From the human T2T-CHM13v2.0 reference genome, Homo sapiens, in the NCBI RefSeq assembly GCF_009914755.1, contig NC_060930.1: a stretch of 64,000 nt of DNA. One strand, 5' to 3'. The position numbers and the translations under genes are program-made. A model generated the notes under the pieces. The model saw only the letters and a list, made by a program, of their open reading frames with translations, had not been told where the DNA came from and made no database searches. Positions 1 to 10,074 of this stretch are shown here, piece by piece (position 1 is the first letter of the stretch; every line of letters starts with the position of its first letter).

Positions 1-320
1 CAGAGAACTTAGGAGCAATCAACCAACTTCATTATGTTCCTTGGTTCTCCACATATAGTCAAAGGTATTATGTATAGAGTCACTAAACTCCTTGCCTCTC
101 ATAAGTGATGAATCAGTAGTGTCAAATGCATTTATTTTGCATAACTCTCTAAACAATTCAGGCCAAGTACTATCAGTGTTCTCCATACTATTAGAAGTAG
201 AGTCCTTAGCATTTTTTGGTCTAATCATATTAATCAGCCAACACCAGAAGTCCCAAAACCAATGAAAGAATTCCATCCTTAATATTCTGTTCCTCAAGAA
301 CCACTTCTGGTATGAAAATC
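1..320 (-). mobile_element. HERV-L (ERVL) internal region, 5' part with degraded gag start
   Basis: ORF 19..297(-) MIRPKNAKDSTSNSMENTDS...ELFRELCKINAFDT resembles the ERVL gag N-terminus. It lies directly downstream (on -) of an MLT2 LTR, with a PBS-like gattttcataccagaagtggttc. Confidence 0.8.
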
Positions 321-361
321 TGTATTAGTCGGGGTTCTCTAGAGGGACAGAACTAATAGAT

Positions 362-397
<36 letters not shown>

Positions 398-690
398 TAT
401 ATGTATATATGTGTATATATAGTGAGTATACCTATATCTATCTATAGATATAGATATACTCACACAAAGGGGAGCTTATTAAGTGGTATTAACTCACAAG
501 ATTACAAGGTCCCATAATAGGCCACCTGCAATCTGAGGAGCAAGGAAGACAGTCCAAGTCCCACAGCTGAAGAACTTGGAGTCCGATGTTCAAGAGCAGG
601 AAGGATCCAGCACAGGAGAAAGATGTAGGCTGGGAGGCTAAGCCAGTCTAGCCTTTTTACATTTTTCTGCCAGCTTTATATTCTGGCTCT
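321..690 (-). mobile_element. MLT2A-type LTR (partial) with internal (TA)n/(GA)n microsatellite
   Basis: tgtattagtcggggttctctagagggacagaactaatag followed by a TA/GA run, then gctgaagaacttggagtccgatgttc, typical of MLT2A in reverse orientation. Confidence 0.8.
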
Positions 691-1599
691 ACAGCTTGGG
701 GGCAGCAGGGGCAGGGGCCTCAGGGTGCTTGCAGGGATGACACACTGGCCTCTTTTCCATAGGGTGGCTGGGGCACACTGGGGTGTGAGTAAAGCACTCA
801 GGATCTTTTTTCCTTCCCTAGTCCAAGTACAGCAAGGGCAGTATGACTGCAGTGTTAGTGGCAGAAGGACTTTCAGTCACCTCTGGGAGCTTCACCCCAC
901 AAAAACACAGAGTGCAGCCAGTGGAAATGTTCAACTGAGTTCGAGGTGCCTGCACTGTGGGCCCAAGCCAGGAGCCTTGCCTGGTGAAGAGTAGCAGGTG
1001 AAAGCTCACAAGAAAGAGAAACTGGAATTCTTTCCCTGCTGTGTGCTGGAGGTGTCAGGGAAGTGGCCAGGTCCCTTCTTTCTCAAGCCCAAGGGCATTA
1101 ACGGTGGTACTGCTGCAGCTGAAATGGCAGAGGGGCTGTGGGTTGTCTCTTGGATTTCCTCCCCAGAGAAGCACAGAGCCAACACTGACTAAAATGTTCA
1201 GGCAGGGCCAGGGTGGCTGTGCTCTGCCCAGTGAGGAATAGTAGGGGCAGGGACCAGTGCAGAAAACAGTGTGGCCACTTTTCCATAAGGCAGCTACACT
1301 GTGCTGGAGGTCCGTGAGAGTCCTGAAGCTCCTCGCTCCCTCCTGAGCCCATACTTTAATCTCAAGAGTTTGAGATAAACAGTGGTAAGGAAGAAAGTAC
1401 AACGGGTACGGCTAATGAAACCCAGGAAGATAAGTCAATGCGTAGAAGTAATTCCAACCTAAAGAAATACTTTTTAAAAATCATATTTATAGAGGTTTGC
1501 AGTGATACTAAAGACAATATTGCAAATCATTATTAAGAATACAAGAAGTACAATGTTTCTTGTTTCTTTAACACCTGTGATACAGGTGTTTGATATGAA

Positions 1600-1938
1600 T
1601 TCTACGTAATGGCTGCATTGCTTCTTGCCACCACCCAAAGAAGGTTGTATAGCACTCAGATGTATACTAACTGCAACCGTGTATCTCTTAGGAATTTCTC
1701 CTTTGCCCTCTTCCCTCCCTATCAGCATGTATCTAGCAGCATTCTGAAAAGTTAACTGCACAGTGAGCGACTGCTGGGCATCTTAGGGGGCATTCTTTTC
1801 TACCTAGGTATTCCCCCTCCTCCACTCATGTCTAGCATGCAGGACTTGGGTAATCTCTGGGGTTTCAGATTCTCCAGACCTCCATTCTCTCAGGGGCTTC
1901 CACCTCCTGCTCATATCTAGCTATCTGCCTAGTCTAAC
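1600..1938 (-). mobile_element. ERV1-type LTR fragment (MER50-like)
   Basis: Minus strand starts ggttagactaggcagatagctagatatgagcaggagg, resembling the MER50 5' end (recall). It marks where LPA/PLG intron-1 homology stops. Confidence 0.5.
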
Positions 1939-4329
1939 CATAAAATCTTAAATAAGAATAAATCATGTTTGCTCTTGATTGCCATGTCATGATAAAAAAA
2001 ATAAGACACCATCAGTGGCAACTGTGTTGCCAAGATTGATGTTGATCTGCTAATCCCTGTGTAGAAATGAACCTTGGAGGCCATTGTTTGATTTCTTACA
2101 ATATGTGCATTGGTTGTAACACTGTCACTTTGACAGTTGATAAGCATCTTCTGAATGGTCCCTCCTTTAGTTACAAAAATGTTGGTGCATGGATGATGTT
2201 GGGAATAAATAAAAAGTGAACTAAATTATGTTCTCATCTTGGGCAAAAATTAAGCAAAAAAAAAATGGAGGATATGAAGCTCCTCCACAAAGAAGGTCAT
2301 TTTTGTACTAGGCTTACTACAGTGACACACCACTATTAGTTGGGGAGAATTCAGTTTTTCCAAGGTGTTGATAGGCATCCAGATTTCAGAGGAAATTGTA
2401 AAAAAGCAGAACCTGGGACCAATACTGCCCACGATTTTTCTTTGAGATCAAATCTGAGGCAACAAATCTGTTCAAAAGCTGCTTTCTGCCTGGTTGTGGC
2501 AAAGGGTGGCCAAGTGGGGCTCAGCTGTGTTCCCATTGCAAGGCTACTGAGCATCCCCTGTCCTGAGGCTCCTTAGGACACCTGGCTGAGCTTCAGCAGC
2601 CCTCTTCCAAGCCTGGAGATGCCAGCTCCATCTCTGGCACAAAATGTAGTGATTTTCACAGGGTGAGAGGCCAAAAGAGGCTAATAAAATGAAGATAGCC
2701 AAGCTTCCATGGAATTAAGCAACAGGACAACCTTGACCACTTTGAGGGGTGTGGTGGGGGCCACATGCAGATGGAGTGGGTTAAAGAGTGACTAGAAGAG
2801 CAGTGGGGGTGGCAGCAGGAGAGAAGCCTGGCTCTGAAAGCAGCGAGACTTCTAGGGAATACAGGGTCAGGGGAGGTTCTGAAAGATGACACACTGCAGA
2901 GAACATGTGTTTGTACGCCGATGACAAGTATCCAGTAGAAAGGCAGATGAACAGATTCTCATTCTCAGAAAGGCCTGTCCTGACCTCCTGAGAGTACACA
3001 GACCATGAGGGCAGGGCAAGGAGGAGGATGCACGCTCACTGTTTCATGCAAAGTCCTTGGCCACAGTCCACCTGCTCCCCACCTCTGTGACTTTGTCCTT
3101 CCTCAATTTAATATGCTCTATGCTGGAAAACTGGATTATTGAACAGGCACTGGCTGATGCATTCTGAACCTAATCCACTAAAAAGCACTTGATAGATATA
3201 TCAAAATATCATTGAGAAATAGATATTTTAGGCCCATATCCATGTCTTCACCCTGCACTGTTTCTCATTTGAACTCTCTTTTCCAGGAAGAGTTGTGCTT
3301 GAGTAAATTCTATAGCTCACAGTGTGACTTCAAAACACACAATAAATTAATAAGGTGCTTCCTACAGTGAGTTCAGTTAAACATTTTGAAGAGTGTTTTT
3401 GAAATGTAGCAGAGCAGGCTACAATTGATATTCAAAAAGAGGAAACTTCCATTTATTTCCCCCTTTAACTAAGTTACCTGTAACTGTGTCATTTTATTAT
3501 GCTTCATAGAGCATCACTGCTGAGATCCCCTCCCCAGCTCATGTTGCTAGGAAATATCCCAAAACAGAATCAATTTTTCTTTTTTTAACCTGATGATTTT
3601 TCCACAATCCTTTTGTTTCTCTGATTCACCTCCAGGGCTCATATGGCAATGGGGATTTAATAGGGTTTATTTGTTGGTGAAGAAACATTAAACAAATCTT
3701 TTAATAGGAAAAATACTTTTATATTATAGGCAAAATGTAGATGTATATTGCTACTGAAGTAAATGTATTTTATTAATGGTGTGAGAATTTCTTCCTCACT
3801 GTGGTGTGTGAATGTGTATGCATATTTGCATGTGTAAAAGACTTAGCAATTTGTGAATAGAAGATGTTTCTCCGCTTCTCACTGAGCATGGCTGTAAAAG
3901 AAACTTTTTCCTCTCCCCGGGCATTCCAGCACACATTGGAAAGATAACACGTCCACAGAAAGCCTGGCTTTCCAAAAGAGCTTATCAGAGAATGTGCCCC
4001 CCAGGTCGATTAAAACATATGTTAATCCTGTGGCAGAGAAGTTTGTTCTAGCCTTTGGGTGTAGCCTGCTGAATAAGTTCACAGTGATCTACATCCTAGT
4101 TTCCATGGGCTGAAATAGAATATTCATATCCCCTGCACTCCCTACACACACAGACATAGACACCAATTTCCCCAAAAAACTCTTTGCTTAATCTTCTCCT
4201 GCTCTGTATTTTCTTTGATATTTTCTTGAATGGCTTCCACTAAATTCAAATGTGTTTGACTTTAAAGTCAACTTGTAAAATTTTATCTGGTAATTTATAG
4301 ATTAAATTGCAAGCATCTACCTCCCTTTC

Positions 4330-4740
4330 ATCAGACTCTCCCTGCAGGGCAAGTTCATCTAACTATGTATGTGCTTCAAGATGGAACTCCTGAGTTCACA
4401 GGTGATTTATAAACCAAAGCATGCCCACTACAAAACTCTCACCCTCCAGAGATTTGCCTCAAGGGACAACACCCTGCTCACAAAGGCACCAGCAGGCAAC
4501 TGCTCAACTACCTGGTGGATAAGGTGCCCAAGCTAGCATGGACCCCTGAATCCTTGCTCGCCTCCTCTGTTGCCTTTTAAAAGTGCCACTTTCTGCTCCT
4601 AAAGTGAAGTGGTACGGCAGGACTGCTGCATTTCTTCCCCTAAGCTAGCTTTGGAAGCAAATCACTTTCTTTATACCAGACTTCTCTCTTCTTAATTGGA
4701 TTCTGCAAGTGGCAAACAATTAACCTGCTCTTCAGTTACA
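4330..4740 (+). mobile_element. ERV LTR fragment in LPA intron 1 (absent from the PLG paralogue)
   Basis: Has an LTR-like 3' end (taagctagctttggaagcaaatcactttctttataccagac...cagttaca) and interrupts the LPA/PLG alignment. Confidence 0.6.
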
Positions 4741-5652
4741 TTGGAATGTGTTTAGATTTATTTTTTCAAATGTTGGAACAAAGATGAAAAAGTGAGAAGA
4801 GCCCTAGATTTTTTCTTGGAAATCTGGCTTAAATCCAGGTTTCTTTATTTCCTTGATTTGGGAATTTGGTCACGAGACAAATAACATGATTTTCCTAAGT
4901 CTAGATTTCTTTGTTTATAAAATGGGGATGACTATGCTACCCTACCTATACCATGAGCTAAATAAGCTAGTATTTGTAAAGGACACACACTTACATTCAC
5001 AATCACACACGGTGTGTATGTGTGTATGTATGTATAAAAATGTGGGGACCTAACCCACTCAACAAATACCCTGAGTATTTGTTGAATCATTATATGCGTA
5101 TATCATCTGGCAAATGGATGTGTATAATTTCTCCAGGGATAAGAAGCAAATGTATACCGATGGAAAGCCTTACTCAGGCCATAACAAAGAGAGAAATGCT
5201 GAGTCCCACTCCATGAACAGGTCAAGGAACCAAACATATTCAAAGAGTTATTTCATTGTTTCAACTTGCTAGTGAGGGGAGCATGGCACCTGAACAGAGA
5301 TGATATAAATTAATGAAACTGAGAACCAAGCGAAGAGCTTAGCCATCCTTTGCATAGTTAGCTACAATGGCTATTTATTTTTCAGCCAGACTGGCCATCA
5401 TGTAGGCACACTCTTTTAGATTAGAAAAATCAACCATTATTTTTTCTGCCCATTCATTCCAGCACCGTGACAGTCTTCACGGGGAAATTAAACTTATTTT
5501 TTTAAGAATTTTTCAATCATATACAAGATTTTGAACTGGGAATTTCATGAATCAAAAATTAAATGAATTGCACAAAAAGCCATGGCATATGTATTTTTAC
5601 TACATTGTGGGAGAAAAAATAATTCTTATAATTTAAAAAAACTATGTCTTAC

Positions 5653-5701
5653 CTGATTTCAGAAATAAAAGAAGTAGAAGAACCACTTCCTTATGTTCCA
5701 T
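5653..5701 (-). CDS. LPA: Apolipoprotein(a) coding exon 1 (signal peptide MEHKEVVLLLLLFLKS); gene continues left of the window
   Basis: ATG GAA CAT AAG GAA GTG GTT CTT CTA CTT CTT TTA TTT CTG AAA TCA G|gtaaga on -. LPA-type 5'UTR (gggacacactttctgg), (TTTTA)n repeat 1373 bp upstream of the ATG, and head-to-head with PLG ~38 kb away. Confidence 0.93.
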
Positions 5702-5900
5702 TTTGGGACTGGCCAGCAGTGTCCAGAAAGTGTGTCCCAATCCCAGGACGTTGTTGACTTACATGAGAGTAAACGCACCCACAAACCAGATAGTCAAATT
5801 AAGTTAATGATTCTCTCAGAGACCCATGCCACTGGCTCAGCAGGGTTCAAACATTACCTTGAATATAGAGTCTTATAAAATATTTGAGAGTGCAATGTCA
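5702..5900 (-). promoter_or_regulatory. LPA: LPA 5'UTR and core promoter with HNF1 site (5803-5815) and TATA-like ttttataa
   Basis: GTTAATGATTCTC at 5803-5815 matches the HNF1 consensus half-site. Known UTR polymorphic positions read -21 = A (5722) and -49 = C (5750). Confidence 0.8.
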
Positions 5901-6414
5901 ATAGATGCTGGGAAGTGGTGAAAGCCATTTCCCCCCTCAGCTGCTCCACATTGCCTTTATGTCTCCTTACTCCTTCCCTCACCCCTAGACCTTCATCTTT
6001 CCTGATTAGTCTTGTTTCCTCCCCTCTTCTTTCATTCTCTTTCTTTTGGATAAAATAAAATCATAAAAGTAGCTCATATTTGCTGGTAACTTCCATGACC
6101 AGACCCTCTGCCAAGTGCTGCACATCCATAGCCTCCCTCAAGCTTTCCAACAGGCAGTGCTGTACGAGGAGGGGGCTGAGGCCTTCCCGAGGTTGTGTCG
6201 CTACCCAGGGGTGCAGCTGATAGACACAACCCTTTCAGGTCTTAGTTTACGAGCAAGCTAGGTATAAATGTTAACATCTCCACATCCTATACCAAACTGT
6301 GCCGAAATGACAACATAAGTGAAAATCTTTTATTATCTTCAAAATTTATTTATTCCTAGTGAACTCACATGTTTTCTGTAATTATAAATTATGTTATAAG
6401 ATATCAATCCTTCC

Positions 6415-6737
6415 AGGAGGGGGTGGTGGCTCATGCCTATAATCCCAGCATTTTGGGAGGCCACGGCAGATGGATCACCTGAGGCCAGGAGTTTGAGACA
6501 AGCCTGGGCAACATGCCAAAACCCTGTCTCTACAAAAAATACAAAAATTAGCTGGGTGTGGAGGCACATGCCAGTCATCCCAGCTACTAAGTAGGCTGAG
6601 GCACTAGAATTGCTTGAACACAGGAGATGGAGGTTGCAGTGAGCCAAGAATGTGCCACTGCACTCCAGCCTGGGTGACAGAGCAAGAATGTCTCAGGAAA
6701 GAAAAAAAAATAATAAATACCAAATAAAATTAATAAA
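6415..6737 (+). mobile_element. Alu (old S/J-type) with TSD atatcaatccttcc
   Basis: Alu dimer with A-rich tail; direct repeats at 6401-6414 and 6738-6751. Confidence 0.93.
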
Positions 6738-6808
6738 ATATCAATCCTTCCTATTCTAGTAGTTGTGGCTTAAATAAATAAATAAATATTTTTAAAAATA
6801 AAACATAG

Positions 6809-7113
6809 GGTCGAGTGCGGTGGCTCAACTCTGTAATCCCAGCACTTTGGGAGGCCAAGACAGGTGGATCACAAGGTCAGGAGTTTGAGACCAGCCAGGC
6901 CAATGTGGTGAAACCCCATCTCTACTAAAAATACAAAAATTAGCCAGGCGTGGTGGTGGGCACCTGTAATCCCAGCTACTAGGGAGGCTGGAGTATTCAC
7001 TTGAACCCAGGAGGTGGAAGTTGCAGTGAGCCAAAATCACGTCAGTGCACTTCAACCGGGGTGAGAGTCTCAATAAAATAAAATAAAATAAAATAAAATA
7101 AAATAAAATAAAA
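6809..7113 (+). mobile_element. AluS whose tail is the LPA pentanucleotide repeat
   Basis: Alu dimer; TSD-like taaaacatag / taaaagcatag. Confidence 0.93.
7074..7113 (-). repeat. LPA promoter pentanucleotide repeat (TTTTA)8
   Basis: Eight perfect TAAAA units on +, starting 1373 bp upstream of the LPA ATG. Confidence 0.9.
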
Positions 7114-7236
7114 GCATAGTATCAATCTTTCCGCAAATGAATTCATGGTGCAATCTTACATTTTCGTTCTCATGAAGTAAAGCAAGAGTGGTAGAATTAA
7201 GTGGAAAGAGTCTATCTCTAGTGTAGTCACGTCAGT

Positions 7237-7353
7237 GGTTGTGTCAAGATGGTTAGGAGGCTCCTCCCGTTTAAAACAGTATCCAAGCCCCAGTTGTAAA
7301 TCAATTGGGGAGACACGCCAACTCTGATCATCAGCAATATCTGAGCTCCAGTC
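7237..7353 (-). repeat. 117-bp inverted paralogue of 33644-33762
   Basis: gactggagctcagatattgctgatgatcagagttggcgtgtctcccc...cctaaccatcttgacacaacc vs gactggagctcagacagtgctggtgattagggttggggtgtctcccc...cctaaccatctaaacacaacc; about 14 mismatches plus one 2-nt gap by manual count. Confidence 0.9.
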
Positions 7354-7709
7354 TCAGATATTGTGTGCAGTTAGTCTCTGTCCTGTACCCTCTACCTCCT
7401 TCCCTACCAGAAAAATCACCACTTTAGTCCCTGGCCACCGGGACACCCCAGGAGGGTGAGTGGTCTGAGGTAGTTATGGCACTTATGGCTCCCTTGCTGC
7501 TGATCTGGAACTCAAGCCCCAAGAAGTCCCCTTGGATGATCTGAATATACATTTGGGACAGATCTAGGGAGTTTCTGAGCAACACTTAGACTGGGGTCTT
7601 CCATTGATTAAATCCTACTTGAATTCGCTACTTTGGGACTCAAGTCTAAGGGACTGAGACTGAGACAGGAGAGCACAAGACTAACTTTGGTCTCTTGATC
7701 TTTTCTTAC

Positions 7710-7855
7710 CTTGCAACTGTCAATGCCTCCAGCCAAATGCCCAGCACAGAGCTCAGTGGATTTGACTCTTCCATTCAGAAACTCATAGCGATTGCACACT
7801 TCATTCTCAATCACAGGGAGCTGGGCTTCCTTGAGAAAGCCAGCCCCAAAGGTAC
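7710..7855 (-). pseudogene. Plasminogen-family protease-domain exon (PLG exon 18-like), gene fragment
   Basis: cacag|GT ACC TTT...TGC AAG|gtaaga, 146 nt, open: [49 protein letters not shown]. Confidence 0.93.
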
Positions 7856-10074
7856 CTGTGTTTAAAAAGATGAAAGAAATGGTAACTACGTCCACAACAT
7901 GTTCACAAGGAAACTCCAGAAGAACAGAGCAGTGGTGATGGACCTCCTGTCTGTCCGTGAGGCTGTAGAACACAAGGCAGCTCCCAATGCTGCCAGACTC
8001 TCTGAACCCTGGAGAGTGTAAACGTCATATAAGAGTCTATGTTCCAAAAACCTGGATTTAACAATCTGAGCTTTGTCATGGTGCTTTGCGGTTGGTTGTT
8101 GTTTCTTTACCTTTTTCTTTGCTTTTAAAACCATAAAGAATAATGTTTAAATGTAGAGTCTGAGAAATGCAATTGCTATTGTTTTTATATTTTCAGACTT
8201 TTTGTATGCTTCTTTCACTAATTACATCATATCACAAAATTTCACACCCTGATTTTTTCACTCAACATTACATAATGAGTTTTGTATAGTGCTATGATCT
8301 TCATAACTAATATTTTAATGGAGAGCTACTGATTAATGAGCATGAGGTTTCCTTTGGGGATGAGGAAAATATTCTGGAAATATGATGATGGTTGCACACC
8401 ACTGTGAATGTACTAAATGCCACTTGGTGGTACCCTGCAAAAATGGTTAAAATAGTAACTCTTACGCTGTGTACATTTTATTGCAATAAAAAAGAATAGT
8501 CATCATTTACTAAGCATTATCCTTTCCAGGCACAAGCTTATAATGTGGTGTATCTCACTTCATCCTCACAACAGTCCTATGAAACAGGCAGTTCCATCAC
8601 TCCTGCTCTACAGTTAAGGAAACTGAGGTGTAAGGAGGTTGTCTAGTTCAACCTGAGCCTGGGTCTGCGGAGTCACTGCCCAAATGCTTCCTCCCCGTGC
8701 GCGTTGGCCCCCCTCTTGCTTCCAACCCTCCACATCTTTGTTCATAAAGTTCATTCTTATTCCTTAATATTTTCTGAGCCTAAGTTCCCATAAATTATAT
8801 AGACATATTTCTGTCTCCCAATAACACTGCCAATTTATTTTCTAGAAGGTTATGACAGTGTAAAATGTCACTAGAAAACAATCACTTCACCACACTTGTA
8901 TGAGTGTTCAATTTTTAAATATTAGCTAATCTAACAGGTTGAAATTGTCCTGATTCATTTTCTAATTTATACTTCTTTGACAATTTGGGAGAGTGAAGAT
9001 TCTCCTGGTTGTGTTTATTCTTTTGTGAAAAACTGCTTTATTTTCTTTGCCAAATTCAAATAGAACGGTTGCAAAATTGCCAGAGGAAATGCTGTTTTTC
9101 CAGATGGACACACCCAGGGATGTTTCAGTGTTCTCACAAATAATCCAGTTTTCTAATTTTGCAAGCCCAGCTTTCATTAGAATTTTGCAAAAATCCTTGC
9201 TTTGCGAGCATGGCACAGGCAAGAGATGAGGCACTCTCTCTTTCTTCCCCCAGAGCCTTTGACTGCACTTAGATCATTGACTTTGGTTCAGAAACCTGAC
9301 TGCATCTGGAGTTGACATGAGCAGCATGGAAGATGTTTGTCCCAGCACCTCACTCCAGAGGCCAGCTAAGCTCAATCTGGGCAGAGCTGCATGATGGAAG
9401 TTTCTGACTACCAAGCATCGGGCAGAGGGTGCATCACCTGGACTACATAGTTGTGTGAGGGAGCACCGTTCTCTAGAATCTGCTATTTGAGCAAGGCAAA
9501 CATCCTGATAATGGTGAAAACCTACCGCAAGTTGCCAGGAAAGTTGATGTGGTCTGCGAGTAGGTGCTGCCATCCAGTGGCCGACATAGAGATGTCATCT
9601 CTGAGGGCAGGTAGGCCACAGGTGACAAGAGGATTGAAGCCCTCCCTGATGGGGCCTTGGGGAGAGGGCAGCAGGGTAAGTCCAGCGGCAGGATCAGTCC
9701 ATTGATTGTGGATGACGACTGACCTGGAAAATCCCCTTGGCCTCAACACCTCCAAACTCTGCATTTGATCCAAGTCAGGGAACACCTGGAAACATGAAGG
9801 GGAGAGCAGGAAAACTTTGACCTCCCTCTCAGAGGCTGAGAACGCCAATTGACCTGATGTCATTATTGACATGTAGAAAATTGATGAACAGGCCTGAGTT
9901 ATGTTTTGTGGCACCTCATGGTCTAGTTAGTGTTCTGAGAATCATTTTCTCAGTGGACCTGCAGGTGAGACCAGGCGAGGCAGAAGCCTAGTGGGGGATG
10001 GTGGTTAGAAATGTGTGGATGGTTGTGGGGCAGAAGAAACAGCAAGTAGGCTCTGGGCCAGCTACAAACTGGTT

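Larger units (their letters stand above)
1940..7219 (-). repeat. Inverted segmental duplication, LPA arm (pairs with 43202-47628)
   Basis: The reverse complement aligns block by block with the PLG promoter, exon 1 and intron 1 (e.g. gagatagac-ctttccacttaat at 7219 vs 43202; caacatcaatcttgg-aacaca at ~2040 vs 47521). The ORF track also shows paralogous peptides (3879..4082- vs 45492..45797+; 2351..2554- vs 47029..47217+). Confidence 0.95.

Noticed and set aside
700-1420. Possible antisense 5' region of an ancient L1
   Set aside because: Repeated cccca(g/c)a(g/a)aa(g/a)cacagag motifs are suggestive, but I cannot assign a family without RepeatMasker.
6339-7073. Alu-derived ORFs here and at 19.7, 30.9, 32.9, 40.4, 55.0 and 62.2 kb
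   Set aside because: Typical Alu translations ([18 protein letters not shown]), not genes.
7608-7973. 121-aa ORF as a standalone protease gene
   Set aside because: Only 7710-7855 is protease-like; the flanks are intron read-through and the catalytic residues are absent.
9724-9785. 62-nt cryptic exon on - (strong pyrimidine tract-cag, CAG|gtcagt)
   Set aside because: No protein similarity, and such pseudo-exons are common; needs RNA evidence.
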